Assembly: GCA_964518565.1 (NCBI GenBank)
Contig: CAZFGX010000001.1
Location: 864,568-903,552 of the forward strand
DNA length: 38,985 nucleotides
Direction: 5' to 3'
DNA from: an uncultured Gammaproteobacteria bacterium
Lineage (GTDB): Bacteria > Patescibacteriota > Microgenomatia > CAZETR01 > Amesbacteraceae
Each line of letters opens with the position of its first letter. Positions within the stretch are counted from its first letter, which is position 1. Positions 24,089-32,372 of the stretch are shown piece after piece. Below the pieces are notes generated by a model that saw only the letters and a list, made by a program, of their open reading frames with translations, had not been told where the DNA came from and made no database searches. The translations under genes and the position numbers were made by a program.

Positions 24089-26488
24089 ATGGATCATAAT
24101 CCAGTTGGCTTGTCGGCTCAAGAAGTGCTTGATCGCCAAAAAAAATTTGGCCTCAACCAGCTTAGCTCCAACGCCATCAACAGCCGGACCATTTTTATCC
24201 GCCAATTCAAATCCTCCTTCATCTATCTCCTAATCGCCGCCATTGGCATTAGCCTTGCTCTCGGTCACCACCTGGATGCCATCATGATTACTCTGTTTGT
24301 CAGTATCAACACCCTACTCGGCTTCATTCAAGAATACCGCTCTGAAAAAACATTGGAATTACTCAAGTCGTACACCACTCCTATGGCCAAAGTTATCCGT
24401 GACCACCAGCATCAGACAATCCCAACCAACCAACTAGTTCCCGACGATATTGTCTTACTCCAAACTGGTGACATTATTCCCGCCGACGTTCGGTTTTTAT
24501 CTCAAAACGATCTATTAATAAACGAGTCAATTCTCACAGGAGAATCAGCCCCTGTTACCACAGACCATGGCTACTCTGGCACCACGATCGTCAAAGGCTC
24601 AGCCACTGCTATAGTTACCAGCACTGGTCCAAACAGCCAGCTAGGAAAAATTTCTAAGCTAGCCACCACTGCACGCAAAGAAAGCTCATTTGAAAAAGGC
24701 ATCAATAGTTATAGCCAATTTATCGTCAAACTCGTGATCGGCACTCTCGTTCTCTTGTTTCTAGCCAACATCGTTATCAAAGGCAACAGTGTCCAGTTTT
24801 CTGAATTACTCCTCTTCTCCATTGCCCTCGCCGTCAGTGTCATTCCCGAAGCCCTCCCAGTCGTAGTCACCTTTTCTCTCTCCAAAGGTGCTGCTCAGTT
24901 AGCCAAATCCAAAGTCGTAGTCAAACGTCTCTCAGCCATCGAAGATCTGGGCAGTATCCAAGTGTTATGTACCGACAAAACCGGCACCCTAACCGAAAAT
25001 CTTCTCACAGTAAACCAAACTCACAGTCCCCAACCTGAAGCCACCCTGACACTTGCCGGCCTGTCCAGCTTCTCCGGCACCGATCCATTTGATCAGGCCA
25101 TAAATCACCAACTATCCAAAGATCAACTCCGCCAAATAAACCAAAGTACACTCATCTCTGAATTCCCCTTTGATCCTCAGCGTCGCCGAAATACTCGCGT
25201 GATCAAAATCAAAAATCGCACCATAGTCGTAGTTCGTGGAGCCCTCGAATCTATCATCCCACTCTGTAAAATTTCTCCTGCCGAAAAAACTCGCTTACTT
25301 GCCGCCGCCAAAGCCGATGGCCAACAAGGGTTTCGTATCATTGCCCTAGCCACCAAGACCCTCAAAGCCCCTCATCCCACCGATATTCAACATTTAGAAA
25401 AAGATCTAGATTTTTCTGGTTATCTCACTTTCACAGATCCAATCAAGCCCTCAACCTTTGAGGCCATAAAACAAGCCAAACACTTAGGTGTCTCGGTCAA
25501 AATTCTTACCGGCGACAGCCCAGAAGTTGCCGGCCATGTCGCCCAACAAATAAACCTCATCCCTGACGCTTCCCAAGTTATCACCGGTCACCAGTTTGCC
25601 CTCCTCTCCCCAGAAGACCAAGCGACTACTGTCAACAAATATTCCGTCTTTGCTCGCGTCACCCCCGAACAAAAATATCAGATCATTCAATTGCTCGAAA
25701 AAACCTACTTAGTCGGATTTTTGGGCGAAGGTATAAACGACGCCCCTGCCTTAAAAATTGCCAATGTAGGTCTGGTGGTCCAATCAGCCTCAGATGTCTC
25801 TCGCGAAAACGCGGATATTATCCTATTACAAAAAAGTCTTCATACTATTATCGATGGCATTACCCAAGGTCGCCAAGTCTTTGTCAATACCACCAAATAT
25901 CTCAAAAGTACCTTGGCCTCAAATTTTGGCAACTTTTACGCCATTGCCGTCTCCTCGCTGTTTGTCAGCTATTTACCCATGTTGCCCTTGCAAATCCTAC
26001 TGGTAAATCTTCTGTCCGACTTCCCCATGATCGCCATCGCCACAGATACCGTCGACAAATCAGAAATCAATCAACCTGAAAAATACGACATTCGCCAAGT
26101 CGTCATTCTCGCCACAGTATTAGGCGTCATTTCTACCATTTTCGACTTTATGTTCTTCGGCCTATTTTACCGCTCTGCCAGTGGCGTTCTCCAAACCAAT
26201 TGGTTTATTGGCAGCATTCTTACAGAGTTAATCTTTATTTACTCGATCCGTACCCGCCGACCATTTTGGCGCAGCATTCGTCCCTCAAAAATCATCATCG
26301 CCTTGACCTCAATCGCCGCCATAATTACCTGCGTTTTACCCTACATCCCTCAAACCCAAACAGTATTTAAATTCACCCCACCCAGTTCCCAGCATTTGTT
26401 TACCATCTTTGGCCTAGTTATCGCCTATTTTGTCTGTACCGAATTCGCCAAACTCACCTATTACAAAACCAGTAAAAATATCCGATAG
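24089..26488 (+). CDS. cation-transporting P-type ATPase (type II/III-like, Mg2+/Ca2+ class; specificity unresolved)
   Basis: LTGESAPV, CTDKTGTLT, TGDSPEVA, GEGINDAPALK and the TM4 motif IPEALP. 799 aa. Confidence 0.93.
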   Translation: MDHNPVGLSAQEVLDRQKKFGLNQLSSNAINSRTIFIRQFKSSFIYLLIAAIGISLALGHHLDAIMITLFVSINTLLGFIQEYRSEKTLELLKSYTTPMAKVIRDHQHQTIPTNQLVPDDIVLLQTGDIIPADVRFLSQNDLLINESILTGESAPVTTDHGYSGTTIVKGSATAIVTSTGPNSQLGKISKLATTARKESSFEKGINSYSQFIVKLVIGTLVLLFLANIVIKGNSVQFSELLLFSIALAVSVIPEALPVVVTFSLSKGAAQLAKSKVVVKRLSAIEDLGSIQVLCTDKTGTLTENLLTVNQTHSPQPEATLTLAGLSSFSGTDPFDQAINHQLSKDQLRQINQSTLISEFPFDPQRRRNTRVIKIKNRTIVVVRGALESIIPLCKISPAEKTRLLAAAKADGQQGFRIIALATKTLKAPHPTDIQHLEKDLDFSGYLTFTDPIKPSTFEAIKQAKHLGVSVKILTGDSPEVAGHVAQQINLIPDASQVITGHQFALLSPEDQATTVNKYSVFARVTPEQKYQIIQLLEKTYLVGFLGEGINDAPALKIANVGLVVQSASDVSRENADIILLQKSLHTIIDGITQGRQVFVNTTKYLKSTLASNFGNFYAIAVSSLFVSYLPMLPLQILLVNLLSDFPMIAIATDTVDKSEINQPEKYDIRQVVILATVLGVISTIFDFMFFGLFYRSASGVLQTNWFIGSILTELIFIYSIRTRRPFWRSIRPSKIIIALTSIAAIITCVLPYIPQTQTVFKFTPPSSQHLFTIFGLVIAYFVCTEFAKLTYYKTSKNIR

Positions 26489-26490
26489 TA

Positions 26491-26499
26491 TGTTAAAAT
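26491..26499 (+). promoter_or_regulatory. candidate extended -10 element TGtTAAAAT, 6 nt upstream of ATG 26506
   Basis: Lies in the 17-nt spacer after the ATPase stop. Confidence 0.25.
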
Positions 26500-26505
26500 T
26501 AACCC

Positions 26506-27345
26506 ATGAATCGCTCTTCTGGCTGGGAAAACGTCAACACTTGGTATGACCAAGCCGTCGGTGATAAAGGCCACTACTACCACGAAAACATCGTTATTCC
26601 CGGCGTCCTCCGCCTCTTAGATTTGGGCATTGGTGATGTTCGAGACAGTCGCGCGCAAGGACGTGTACCAGATCTGAGCACGACTGGCCGAACAACGCCA
26701 AAAACATCTCAAAAATCAATTTTAGATCTTGCCTGTGGCCAAGGCATTTTGGCCCGTGCCTTGCCCAAAAGCCTTCCCTACATCGGCTTGGACGCCTCCT
26801 CCTCCCTCATAAATCACGCCAAAAACCGTGACAAAAACCCTTATCACATATACCAAATTGCCGATCTCAATCTGCCCCTCAAATCCCTACCTCAAAAATT
26901 CACCCATGCCACCTGTATTTTAGCCTTGCAAAACATAGAGCACCCCGAAATCCTTATGAAATCAGCTACCAACCAGCTAATGCCTCAAGGAAAATTCATC
27001 CTTGTCATCAACCATCCCGCATTTAGAATTCCCCGTCAATCTAGCTGGGGTATCGATCCTCAAAACAAACTTCAATATCGTCGTATCAATCGCTACCTTT
27101 CTCCACTCAAGATCCCCATCACCACCCACCCTGGTCAAAAACATTCACCTATCACCTGGTCATTCCACTATCCTCTTTCTTCTTATACGAGCATGCTCAA
27201 AGCTGCAGGTTTTGTCATCACTGATATAGAAGAGTGGAGTTCAGATAAACACAGTCTAGGCAAAGCCGCCAAAATGGAAAATGCCTCCCGTGCGGAAATT
27301 CCCCTATTTCTGGCCATTGCGGCGCAAAAATCCCAATCCCAATAG
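26506..27345 (+). CDS. class I SAM-dependent methyltransferase carrying a 35-codon insert before motif I
   Basis: Motif I ILDLACGQG and the downstream Rossmann pattern. See the finding on 26617-26733. Confidence 0.8.
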   Translation: MNRSSGWENVNTWYDQAVGDKGHYYHENIVIPGVLRLLDLGIGDVRDSRAQGRVPDLSTTGRTTPKTSQKSILDLACGQGILARALPKSLPYIGLDASSSLINHAKNRDKNPYHIYQIADLNLPLKSLPQKFTHATCILALQNIEHPEILMKSATNQLMPQGKFILVINHPAFRIPRQSSWGIDPQNKLQYRRINRYLSPLKIPITTHPGQKHSPITWSFHYPLSSYTSMLKAAGFVITDIEEWSSDKHSLGKAAKMENASRAEIPLFLAIAAQKSQSQ

Positions 27346-27786
27346 TCCTACCTCACGCGGCTTCACCCCCAGACAATACAATGCCTCCATCCAAGTATTC
27401 TCCCTCACAAACTCTTGCGGAAAATATCGCACGGCCCATTCCCGCCCTGCCCCAAAAGCTCCAAAAAATGCTGGACCACTTTCATGTAGATATGGCGGCC
27501 GCAAACCATCTCGAATAAATCCAAGAGGTACACACCCCTGTACGGTTTCAGGTTTTATAGCCACTGGCGGTTCAAATTTTTCTTTATATGTCGGCGTTTG
27601 AAAAACAAAATCTGTTAACTGGATTTCAGGGTCACCCAACAAATCAGTTCTGCGCATGTCCCACCGGTACGGATTACCCACCAAATACCAACCCTGGCCA
27701 ACTAATTGACCATCTTGATAAATAAGTTCGTCATTGGGCAAAGCTGGAATTTCTGAAAACGACGTGTTTGCTTCTACTCTCACCAA
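27304..27786 (-). CDS. hypothetical protein (160 aa), no recognisable family
   Basis: The only ORF explaining 27346-27786. Non-ATG start (TTG 27786 or GTG 27783). Its 3' end overlaps the methyltransferase by 42 nt. Confidence 0.5.
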   Translation of the reverse strand: MVRVEANTSFSEIPALPNDELIYQDGQLVGQGWYLVGNPYRWDMRRTDLLGDPEIQLTDFVFQTPTYKEKFEPPVAIKPETVQGCVPLGFIRDGLRPPYLHESGPAFFGAFGAGREWAVRYFPQEFVRENTWMEALYCLGVKPREVGLLGLGFLRRNGQK

Positions 27787-27802
27787 CCTAAGTATACCAA
27801 GT

Positions 27803-27831
27803 TTGACAAGTGATCCAGAATTCTTTACACT
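27803..27831 (+). promoter_or_regulatory. candidate promoter (-35 TTGACA, 17-nt spacer, -10 TACACT), 11 nt upstream of ATG 27843
   Basis: Perfect TTGACA at 27803-27808 and TACACT at 27826-27831. Confidence 0.4.
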
Positions 27832-27842
27832 TATGTATAGAC

Positions 27843-28304
27843 ATGTACGGCAACGAATACGATTACGCTATGCCCTCAAACCTTCCGAGCAATTACGCTC
27901 AACCGACCCTCACCCCCGAACAATTAGCCCAAGCTACTGCTCTGGCTGCCGGATTTGGCGCCACCATGCTCGTCATTTGGATCTTCGCAATGGTCATGCT
28001 CGTAATTACGATCGTCGCCATGTGGAAAGTCTTCAAAAAAGCTGGTGTTCCTGGCTGGGCATCCATCATTCCCATATACAATACGTATCTCCTGTGCAAA
28101 ATTGCTGGCAAACCCGGCTGGTGGACGATTTTATTCTTGATTCCCCTAGTAAACGTTGTTGTATCACTTATTGTTAGTTTAGCCATGGCCAAAAATTTCG
28201 GCAAAGGCGATGGTTTTGGCCTGTTCCTCTTCTTCTTTAGCCCAATTGCTCTTATGGTCTTAGGGTTTGGTTCCGCCAAATACACTGGCCCAAAAATTGC
28301 CTAA
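27843..28304 (+). CDS. DUF5684-family small membrane protein
   Basis: FKKAGVPGWASIIPIYNTYLLCKIAGKPGWWTILFLIPLVNVV is the hallmark of this family. ATG 27843 chosen because GTG 27810 lies inside the candidate promoter. Confidence 0.75.
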   Translation: MYGNEYDYAMPSNLPSNYAQPTLTPEQLAQATALAAGFGATMLVIWIFAMVMLVITIVAMWKVFKKAGVPGWASIIPIYNTYLLCKIAGKPGWWTILFLIPLVNVVVSLIVSLAMAKNFGKGDGFGLFLFFFSPIALMVLGFGSAKYTGPKIA

Positions 28305-28827
28305 CTCTCCCGAACACGCCATTGTTGCCGCCTACGGCACAGACAAACAAATCGGCTATCAAAACACTCTTCCTTGGCACCTGCCCACTGATCTAGCTCA
28401 CTTCAAACAACTCACTCGCAATCACACCGTAGTCATGGGTCGCAAAACCTACGACTCAATCGGGCACGGACTTCCCTATCGCACCAATATTGTCCTATCC
28501 CGTGACACAGACCTACATCTTCCCGACGCACATATCGCCCACTCACTCAGCCAGGCTTTGCAATATATTCCCGAAAACGAATCCCAATGTTTTTATATTG
28601 GCGGGACCGAACTGTTTGCTTCTGCTTTATTATTTGTCTCTCGTATGTACCTCACCGAAGTCCAATATTCCGGTCCAGCCGACAGCTTTTTTCCCGATTT
28701 CGATCCCACAGATTGGCAACTCACCCACTATGTCCACCCCGAACAATCAATCAACGATCAATATCCCATCGTGTTTAAGACCTATGACCGCGTTCGCCCA
28801 TTGACGCATCAAAATCCCAACCAGTAA
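28297..28827 (+). CDS. folA: dihydrofolate reductase
   Basis: AIVAAYGTDKQIGYQNTLPWHLPTDLAHFKQLTRNHTVVMGRKTYDSIG and GGTELF. No in-frame ATG upstream of the conserved core. Start is TTG 28297 (8-nt overlap) or TTG 28267 (38-nt overlap). Confidence 0.85.
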   Translation: MPNSPEHAIVAAYGTDKQIGYQNTLPWHLPTDLAHFKQLTRNHTVVMGRKTYDSIGHGLPYRTNIVLSRDTDLHLPDAHIAHSLSQALQYIPENESQCFYIGGTELFASALLFVSRMYLTEVQYSGPADSFFPDFDPTDWQLTHYVHPEQSINDQYPIVFKTYDRVRPLTHQNPNQ

Positions 28828-28839
28828 TATCACTCTTAT

Positions 28840-29676
28840 ATGGTTGAATACCTCGACTTAGTCGAAGATGTCCTAACCCACGGCAAACCTCGTCAAAGCC
28901 AAAAACCCGAAAAAACTATTGCTGTCGTTGGTCGCCAAGTCCGCTACAAATCTGAAGACGGTTTCCCTCTCATCACCTCTCGCGACCTATCTGGCTCATG
29001 GGAAAAAATCATCGTCGCCGAACTACTCTGGATCATGTCTGGCAGCTCAAATGCCCGAGATCTTCATCAATATGGCAGTCATCTTTGGGATAAATGGGCA
29101 GTAGCAGCCGAACAAAAAATCGGCTACAAAAATGGCGAACTTGGCCCCACCTACGGCCATCAAATGCGCCACTTTGCCAATCAAACCGACCAACTGACCC
29201 AAGTCGTAGACATGCTCAAACGTGATCCAAACACTCGCCGCGCCAAAATCAGTCTGTGGAATTTAGGCGATGTAGAGTTTCCCGACGGCAAACATGTCGT
29301 GGACGTAGCCCCCTGTATCACCTCTATTCATTTTCTGGCCATGGATGGTCGACTAGATGCCATTCTCGAACAACGCAGTGCCGATATTCCAGTGGGAGTT
29401 CCCCACGACGTTGCCGAGTGGGCTCTCTTCCAAAGACTAGTTGCCCAAGAAGTCGGCCTTCCTGCAGGTGATCTTGTACACAATCTCGGCGACGCCCACA
29501 TTTACAACAACCAAATCCCCGCTATGAAAGAACTGCTCAAACGTCAGCCACTTTCTCGTCCTGAAGTGACAATTCTTCCTTCCACTTCTGGCACGATCTA
29601 CGACCACAAAGTCTCAGACTTCCAACTCCAAAACTATAATGCTCACCCCAAAATGTCTATCCCTGTGGCTCTCTAA
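28840..29676 (+). CDS. thyA: thymidylate synthase (ThyA type)
   Basis: GPTYGHQMRHF, the catalytic Cys in VAPCITSIHF, and EQRSADIPVGVPHDV. Confidence 0.93.
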   Translation: MVEYLDLVEDVLTHGKPRQSQKPEKTIAVVGRQVRYKSEDGFPLITSRDLSGSWEKIIVAELLWIMSGSSNARDLHQYGSHLWDKWAVAAEQKIGYKNGELGPTYGHQMRHFANQTDQLTQVVDMLKRDPNTRRAKISLWNLGDVEFPDGKHVVDVAPCITSIHFLAMDGRLDAILEQRSADIPVGVPHDVAEWALFQRLVAQEVGLPAGDLVHNLGDAHIYNNQIPAMKELLKRQPLSRPEVTILPSTSGTIYDHKVSDFQLQNYNAHPKMSIPVAL

Positions 29677-30493
29677 GTCCTTGAATTCGCTCGACCACAA
29701 TCTTGTGACTCCTGTATAAATCTGCCGCTTCAGCAATACCATAAGAATCTCGCTCAAACACGACTCGCCGCACCCCTGCCTCAATAGCATTCAACGAACA
29801 CTGCCGACACGGAAATTTGGACACATACATGGTCGATCCAGCCAGGGTTATCCCCTGCTTTGCCGCCAGTGATATTCCAGTTCGTTCAGCGTGCAGTGAA
29901 TCACAAAATAGCATTCTCTCACCTTCTTTTAATCCAGATTCCTTCCACGTAAACGGCAAACTCGGACAATCAAAATCAGCCAGCCGAGTCGATGCACTCT
30001 GTACCAATATTGTTCGTTCTTTCGCAAACACACAACCAGCCGGGTCTAGCCAACAATTACTCGTCTCCACCATTTGCACAGCCAAATCCATCGCCATTTG
30101 ATCAAATGCGCTCGTAGTTATCCCGATTTTCAATCCCTCCATCTTTCTCCCTTTAGCTGATACTACCTCATCCGTCTGCCACATCATTGGTGCCACCACC
30201 TGCACCGACTTCCAATCTCGTTCCAACTCTTTCTGCATTTGTTGATAGCTCACTGGCAACACCCCTGCCACATCACATACTTGAGCCAAAATTTTTGCTT
30301 TTACAAACCCACGCAATCCTGCATGGTATTGTGCCTCCGGCATCGCCAACACCACTCCGACCCCTGCTTGAGCAATCGTTTCCACCAGCCCAGGAATCTG
30401 TGCGCAGACAATAGCTCGTTCATCACACCCAACCAGCCCCAATCTCGACCGTACAAGTGGCGACTCCGAAACATAAGTCACTACCTCTTTCAT
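29657..30493 (-). CDS. dCMP/CMP zinc-deaminase-domain protein with an unassigned N-terminal extension of about 115 aa
   Basis: The C-terminal half carries SLHAERTG (HAE) and the Zn-binding FPCRQC. The N-terminal 115 aa match nothing I recognise. Overlaps thyA convergently by 20 nt. Confidence 0.8.
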   Translation of the reverse strand: MKEVVTYVSESPLVRSRLGLVGCDERAIVCAQIPGLVETIAQAGVGVVLAMPEAQYHAGLRGFVKAKILAQVCDVAGVLPVSYQQMQKELERDWKSVQVVAPMMWQTDEVVSAKGRKMEGLKIGITTSAFDQMAMDLAVQMVETSNCWLDPAGCVFAKERTILVQSASTRLADFDCPSLPFTWKESGLKEGERMLFCDSLHAERTGISLAAKQGITLAGSTMYVSKFPCRQCSLNAIEAGVRRVVFERDSYGIAEAADLYRSHKIVVERIQGLREPQG

Positions 30494-30951
30494 AGTTTCC
30501 CCACTCTTTGTCGCAACCGAGTGGCCAGCTCTACAGGTGGCACAGTGATATCCCTATAATTCCACGTATTCAATCCTTCTTCATACGGCAAAATATTCCA
30601 ATGCAAATGGGTTACCGTCTTTCCCGCACTCTTTCCATCTCGCAAAATCATCCATACATTTTCAATTCCCATTTCTTCTCGCAGCACTGTCAACGCCAAT
30701 TGTGACAAATAAAAATTTGTCATTACTTCCTGCTCTGTCACCTGCGAAAACCGTTCGACGTGTCGTCTAGGAACCACCATCAGTTGGCCATCAATGTACG
30801 GAAAAATATTTGCCGTCAACACCAATCCATCTCGCTCAGCAATAATATACTTGTCTTTCAACTGACAAAACACACAAGTTGGCCCTGTATCTAGTTTTGC
30901 CGCCATATCCATATACCCCCCCATCTTTCGTGCTTTGTACCCTTCCGACAT
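30490..30951 (-). CDS. HIT-superfamily protein with a variant triad (H-x-H-x-N)
   Basis: N-terminal CVFC. Triad region VTHLHWNILP in place of HxHxHxx. ATGA overlap with the deaminase gene. Confidence 0.85.
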   Translation of the reverse strand: MSEGYKARKMGGYMDMAAKLDTGPTCVFCQLKDKYIIAERDGLVLTANIFPYIDGQLMVVPRRHVERFSQVTEQEVMTNFYLSQLALTVLREEMGIENVWMILRDGKSAGKTVTHLHWNILPYEEGLNTWNYRDITVPPVELATRLRQRVGKL

Positions 30952-30953
30952 GT

Positions 30954-31571
30954 CTACTCCAATCCTTTTCGCAGTTCAGCGATCACCCGTTTCCGCTCCA
31001 GCTGGGAAATTTTGTCGATCACTGCCGACGTGGACACGGTCGGACTTTGTCGCGGACTGTAATACACCTTTCCACCAAGTTTAAGCATCTCTTGTACTTC
31101 AGCTTTTGATTCCAAATTTCCATTCCAACTCCCCTCCACACACAAATAGCTATCCGGTTGCAACAATTTCATCGTCTCTACTCCTGTAGTTTCCGGATAA
31201 ATCGTCACATAATCCACACTCGCCAAATAGCACAACATTTCCGCCCGCACTGCCTCAGGCAATATTGGCCGATCTGGATCTTTATATGTTCGCACCGATT
31301 CATCACTATTCAAGCCCACCACCAACACGTCACCTTGCTGTCGGGCCAACTCCAAAAATCTGACGTGTCCCACATGAATCAAGTCATATACTCCGGTGGC
31401 ATACGCAATCACTTGATGTCGGCTGTGCAAAAATGCCCCCAATGCTGCCAACTCTTCTCGTGGCACCAATTTTTTCATTACCAACGGATTTTCGTCTCCT
31501 TCAAAGGCTGTTACTCGAGTAGCTTCGTATTGTCTTCCATCATAATCGAGAAACTCTTTACCGATATGCAT
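30954..31571 (-). CDS. cytidylyltransferase-family nucleotidyltransferase (RfaE-domain-II / TagD / RibL-like)
   Basis: ATGVYDLIHVGHVRFLELARQQGDVLVVGLNSDESVR (HxGH motif). ATG 31571 overlaps the upstream stop by 1 nt and is preferred over TTG 31592. Confidence 0.85.
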   Translation of the reverse strand: MHIGKEFLDYDGRQYEATRVTAFEGDENPLVMKKLVPREELAALGAFLHSRHQVIAYATGVYDLIHVGHVRFLELARQQGDVLVVGLNSDESVRTYKDPDRPILPEAVRAEMLCYLASVDYVTIYPETTGVETMKLLQPDSYLCVEGSWNGNLESKAEVQEMLKLGGKVYYSPRQSPTVSTSAVIDKISQLERKRVIAELRKGLE

Positions 31572-31846
31572 CAATGACTGGTTCCTTTCCAACGCTTCAG
31601 TTGTGGAATGACTTCATTCGCTACCCGACTTGCTTCTTCAGGTGTCATCTTTACTACCGATACCATATGTTCAATAGACTGCGAAATCATTTGCTCTTTA
31701 GTCATATCAGGCGCCACCCACACACCCTTATCAAAACAAAATTTACAATATTCGGTACTACTTGTCCCATCTACATCCGTGCCATACATTCCCGGTCCCA
31801 GCGGCATTCCACAACTCTCACACCGTACATGAACAACATCCTGCAT
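31571..31846 (-). CDS. putative zinc-ribbon domain protein (91 aa)
   Basis: CESCGMPL...GTDVDGTSSTEYCKFCFDKGVW, a four-Cys ribbon. Confidence 0.72.
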   Translation of the reverse strand: MQDVVHVRCESCGMPLGPGMYGTDVDGTSSTEYCKFCFDKGVWVAPDMTKEQMISQSIEHMVSVVKMTPEEASRVANEVIPQLKRWKGTSH

Positions 31847-31862
31847 ATTTTTCTAGAGTATA

Positions 31863-32372
31863 CTACTTCTGACAAGATTTCCACACACCCAAACGCATAT
31901 CACGTGCACGATTCTGTGCCAATATCACCACTTCCTGTCGTAGCACATTTGGCTTTATATATTTTGCATACACATACCCTTCACCTGCCAACTGTTCATT
32001 CACCATCACCCCATTCAACCATACATATCGTAGCCATCGCCCCTCTGTATCTTTTTGCTGCACATCTGCTTCAAGTTTCACTATCTTTCCCTTCACCAGA
32101 CTTTCATTTCTTTGTTTCGCCTGGTCTGCAAAACACGGATCCACTTCCAAACCTATATAACGCACAGTCTCTCCACTTTGCAATTTCACCGTCACCCCAT
32201 CCAACACTTCCTCTACCAATGCCTGGTCACCACCTACTCCCGTCGGCACGACTTCTTCAGTCACCTGTTTCAACTGCGTCACCCGTTGTCCAATCACTCC
32301 TCGCGCTTGCCACAAAAATACAGCCCCAATGATCACTAAGAAAAAAATCAGCCAACGATTTCCATTCGGCAT
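31863..32372 (-). CDS. membrane-anchored thermonuclease (SNase-like)
   Basis: N-terminal TM (WLIFFLVIIGAVFLW), then the SNase-like core VTVKLQSGETVRYIGLEVDP...EGRWLRYVWLNGVMVNEQLAGEGYVYA. ATG 32372 preferred over the track start. Confidence 0.78.
   Translation of the reverse strand: MPNGNRWLIFFLVIIGAVFLWQARGVIGQRVTQLKQVTEEVVPTGVGGDQALVEEVLDGVTVKLQSGETVRYIGLEVDPCFADQAKQRNESLVKGKIVKLEADVQQKDTEGRWLRYVWLNGVMVNEQLAGEGYVYAKYIKPNVLRQEVVILAQNRARDMRLGVWKSCQK

Noticed and set aside
29657-30493. The extended cytidine-deaminase-fold protein considered as an anti-phage dCTP-deaminase (nucleotide-depletion defence).
   Set aside because: It is adjacent to thyA and folA, which fits housekeeping dUMP supply. 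There is no P-loop or kinase domain in the N-terminal extension, the protein is small (278 aa), and there are no neighbouring defence genes. It is kept only as an unknown-domain observation.
31574-32332. A 252-aa plus-strand ORF, and many similar long plus-strand ORFs in the track (for example 2681-3091, 4635-5105, 5357-5938, 12051-12602, 23554-24084, 33820-34362).
   Set aside because: All lie antisense to minus-strand genes with clear enzyme motifs. Their translations are low-complexity (Pro/His/Ser/Leu/Thr-rich). The G-poor plus strand is depleted in TAG and TGA, so long open frames arise by chance.
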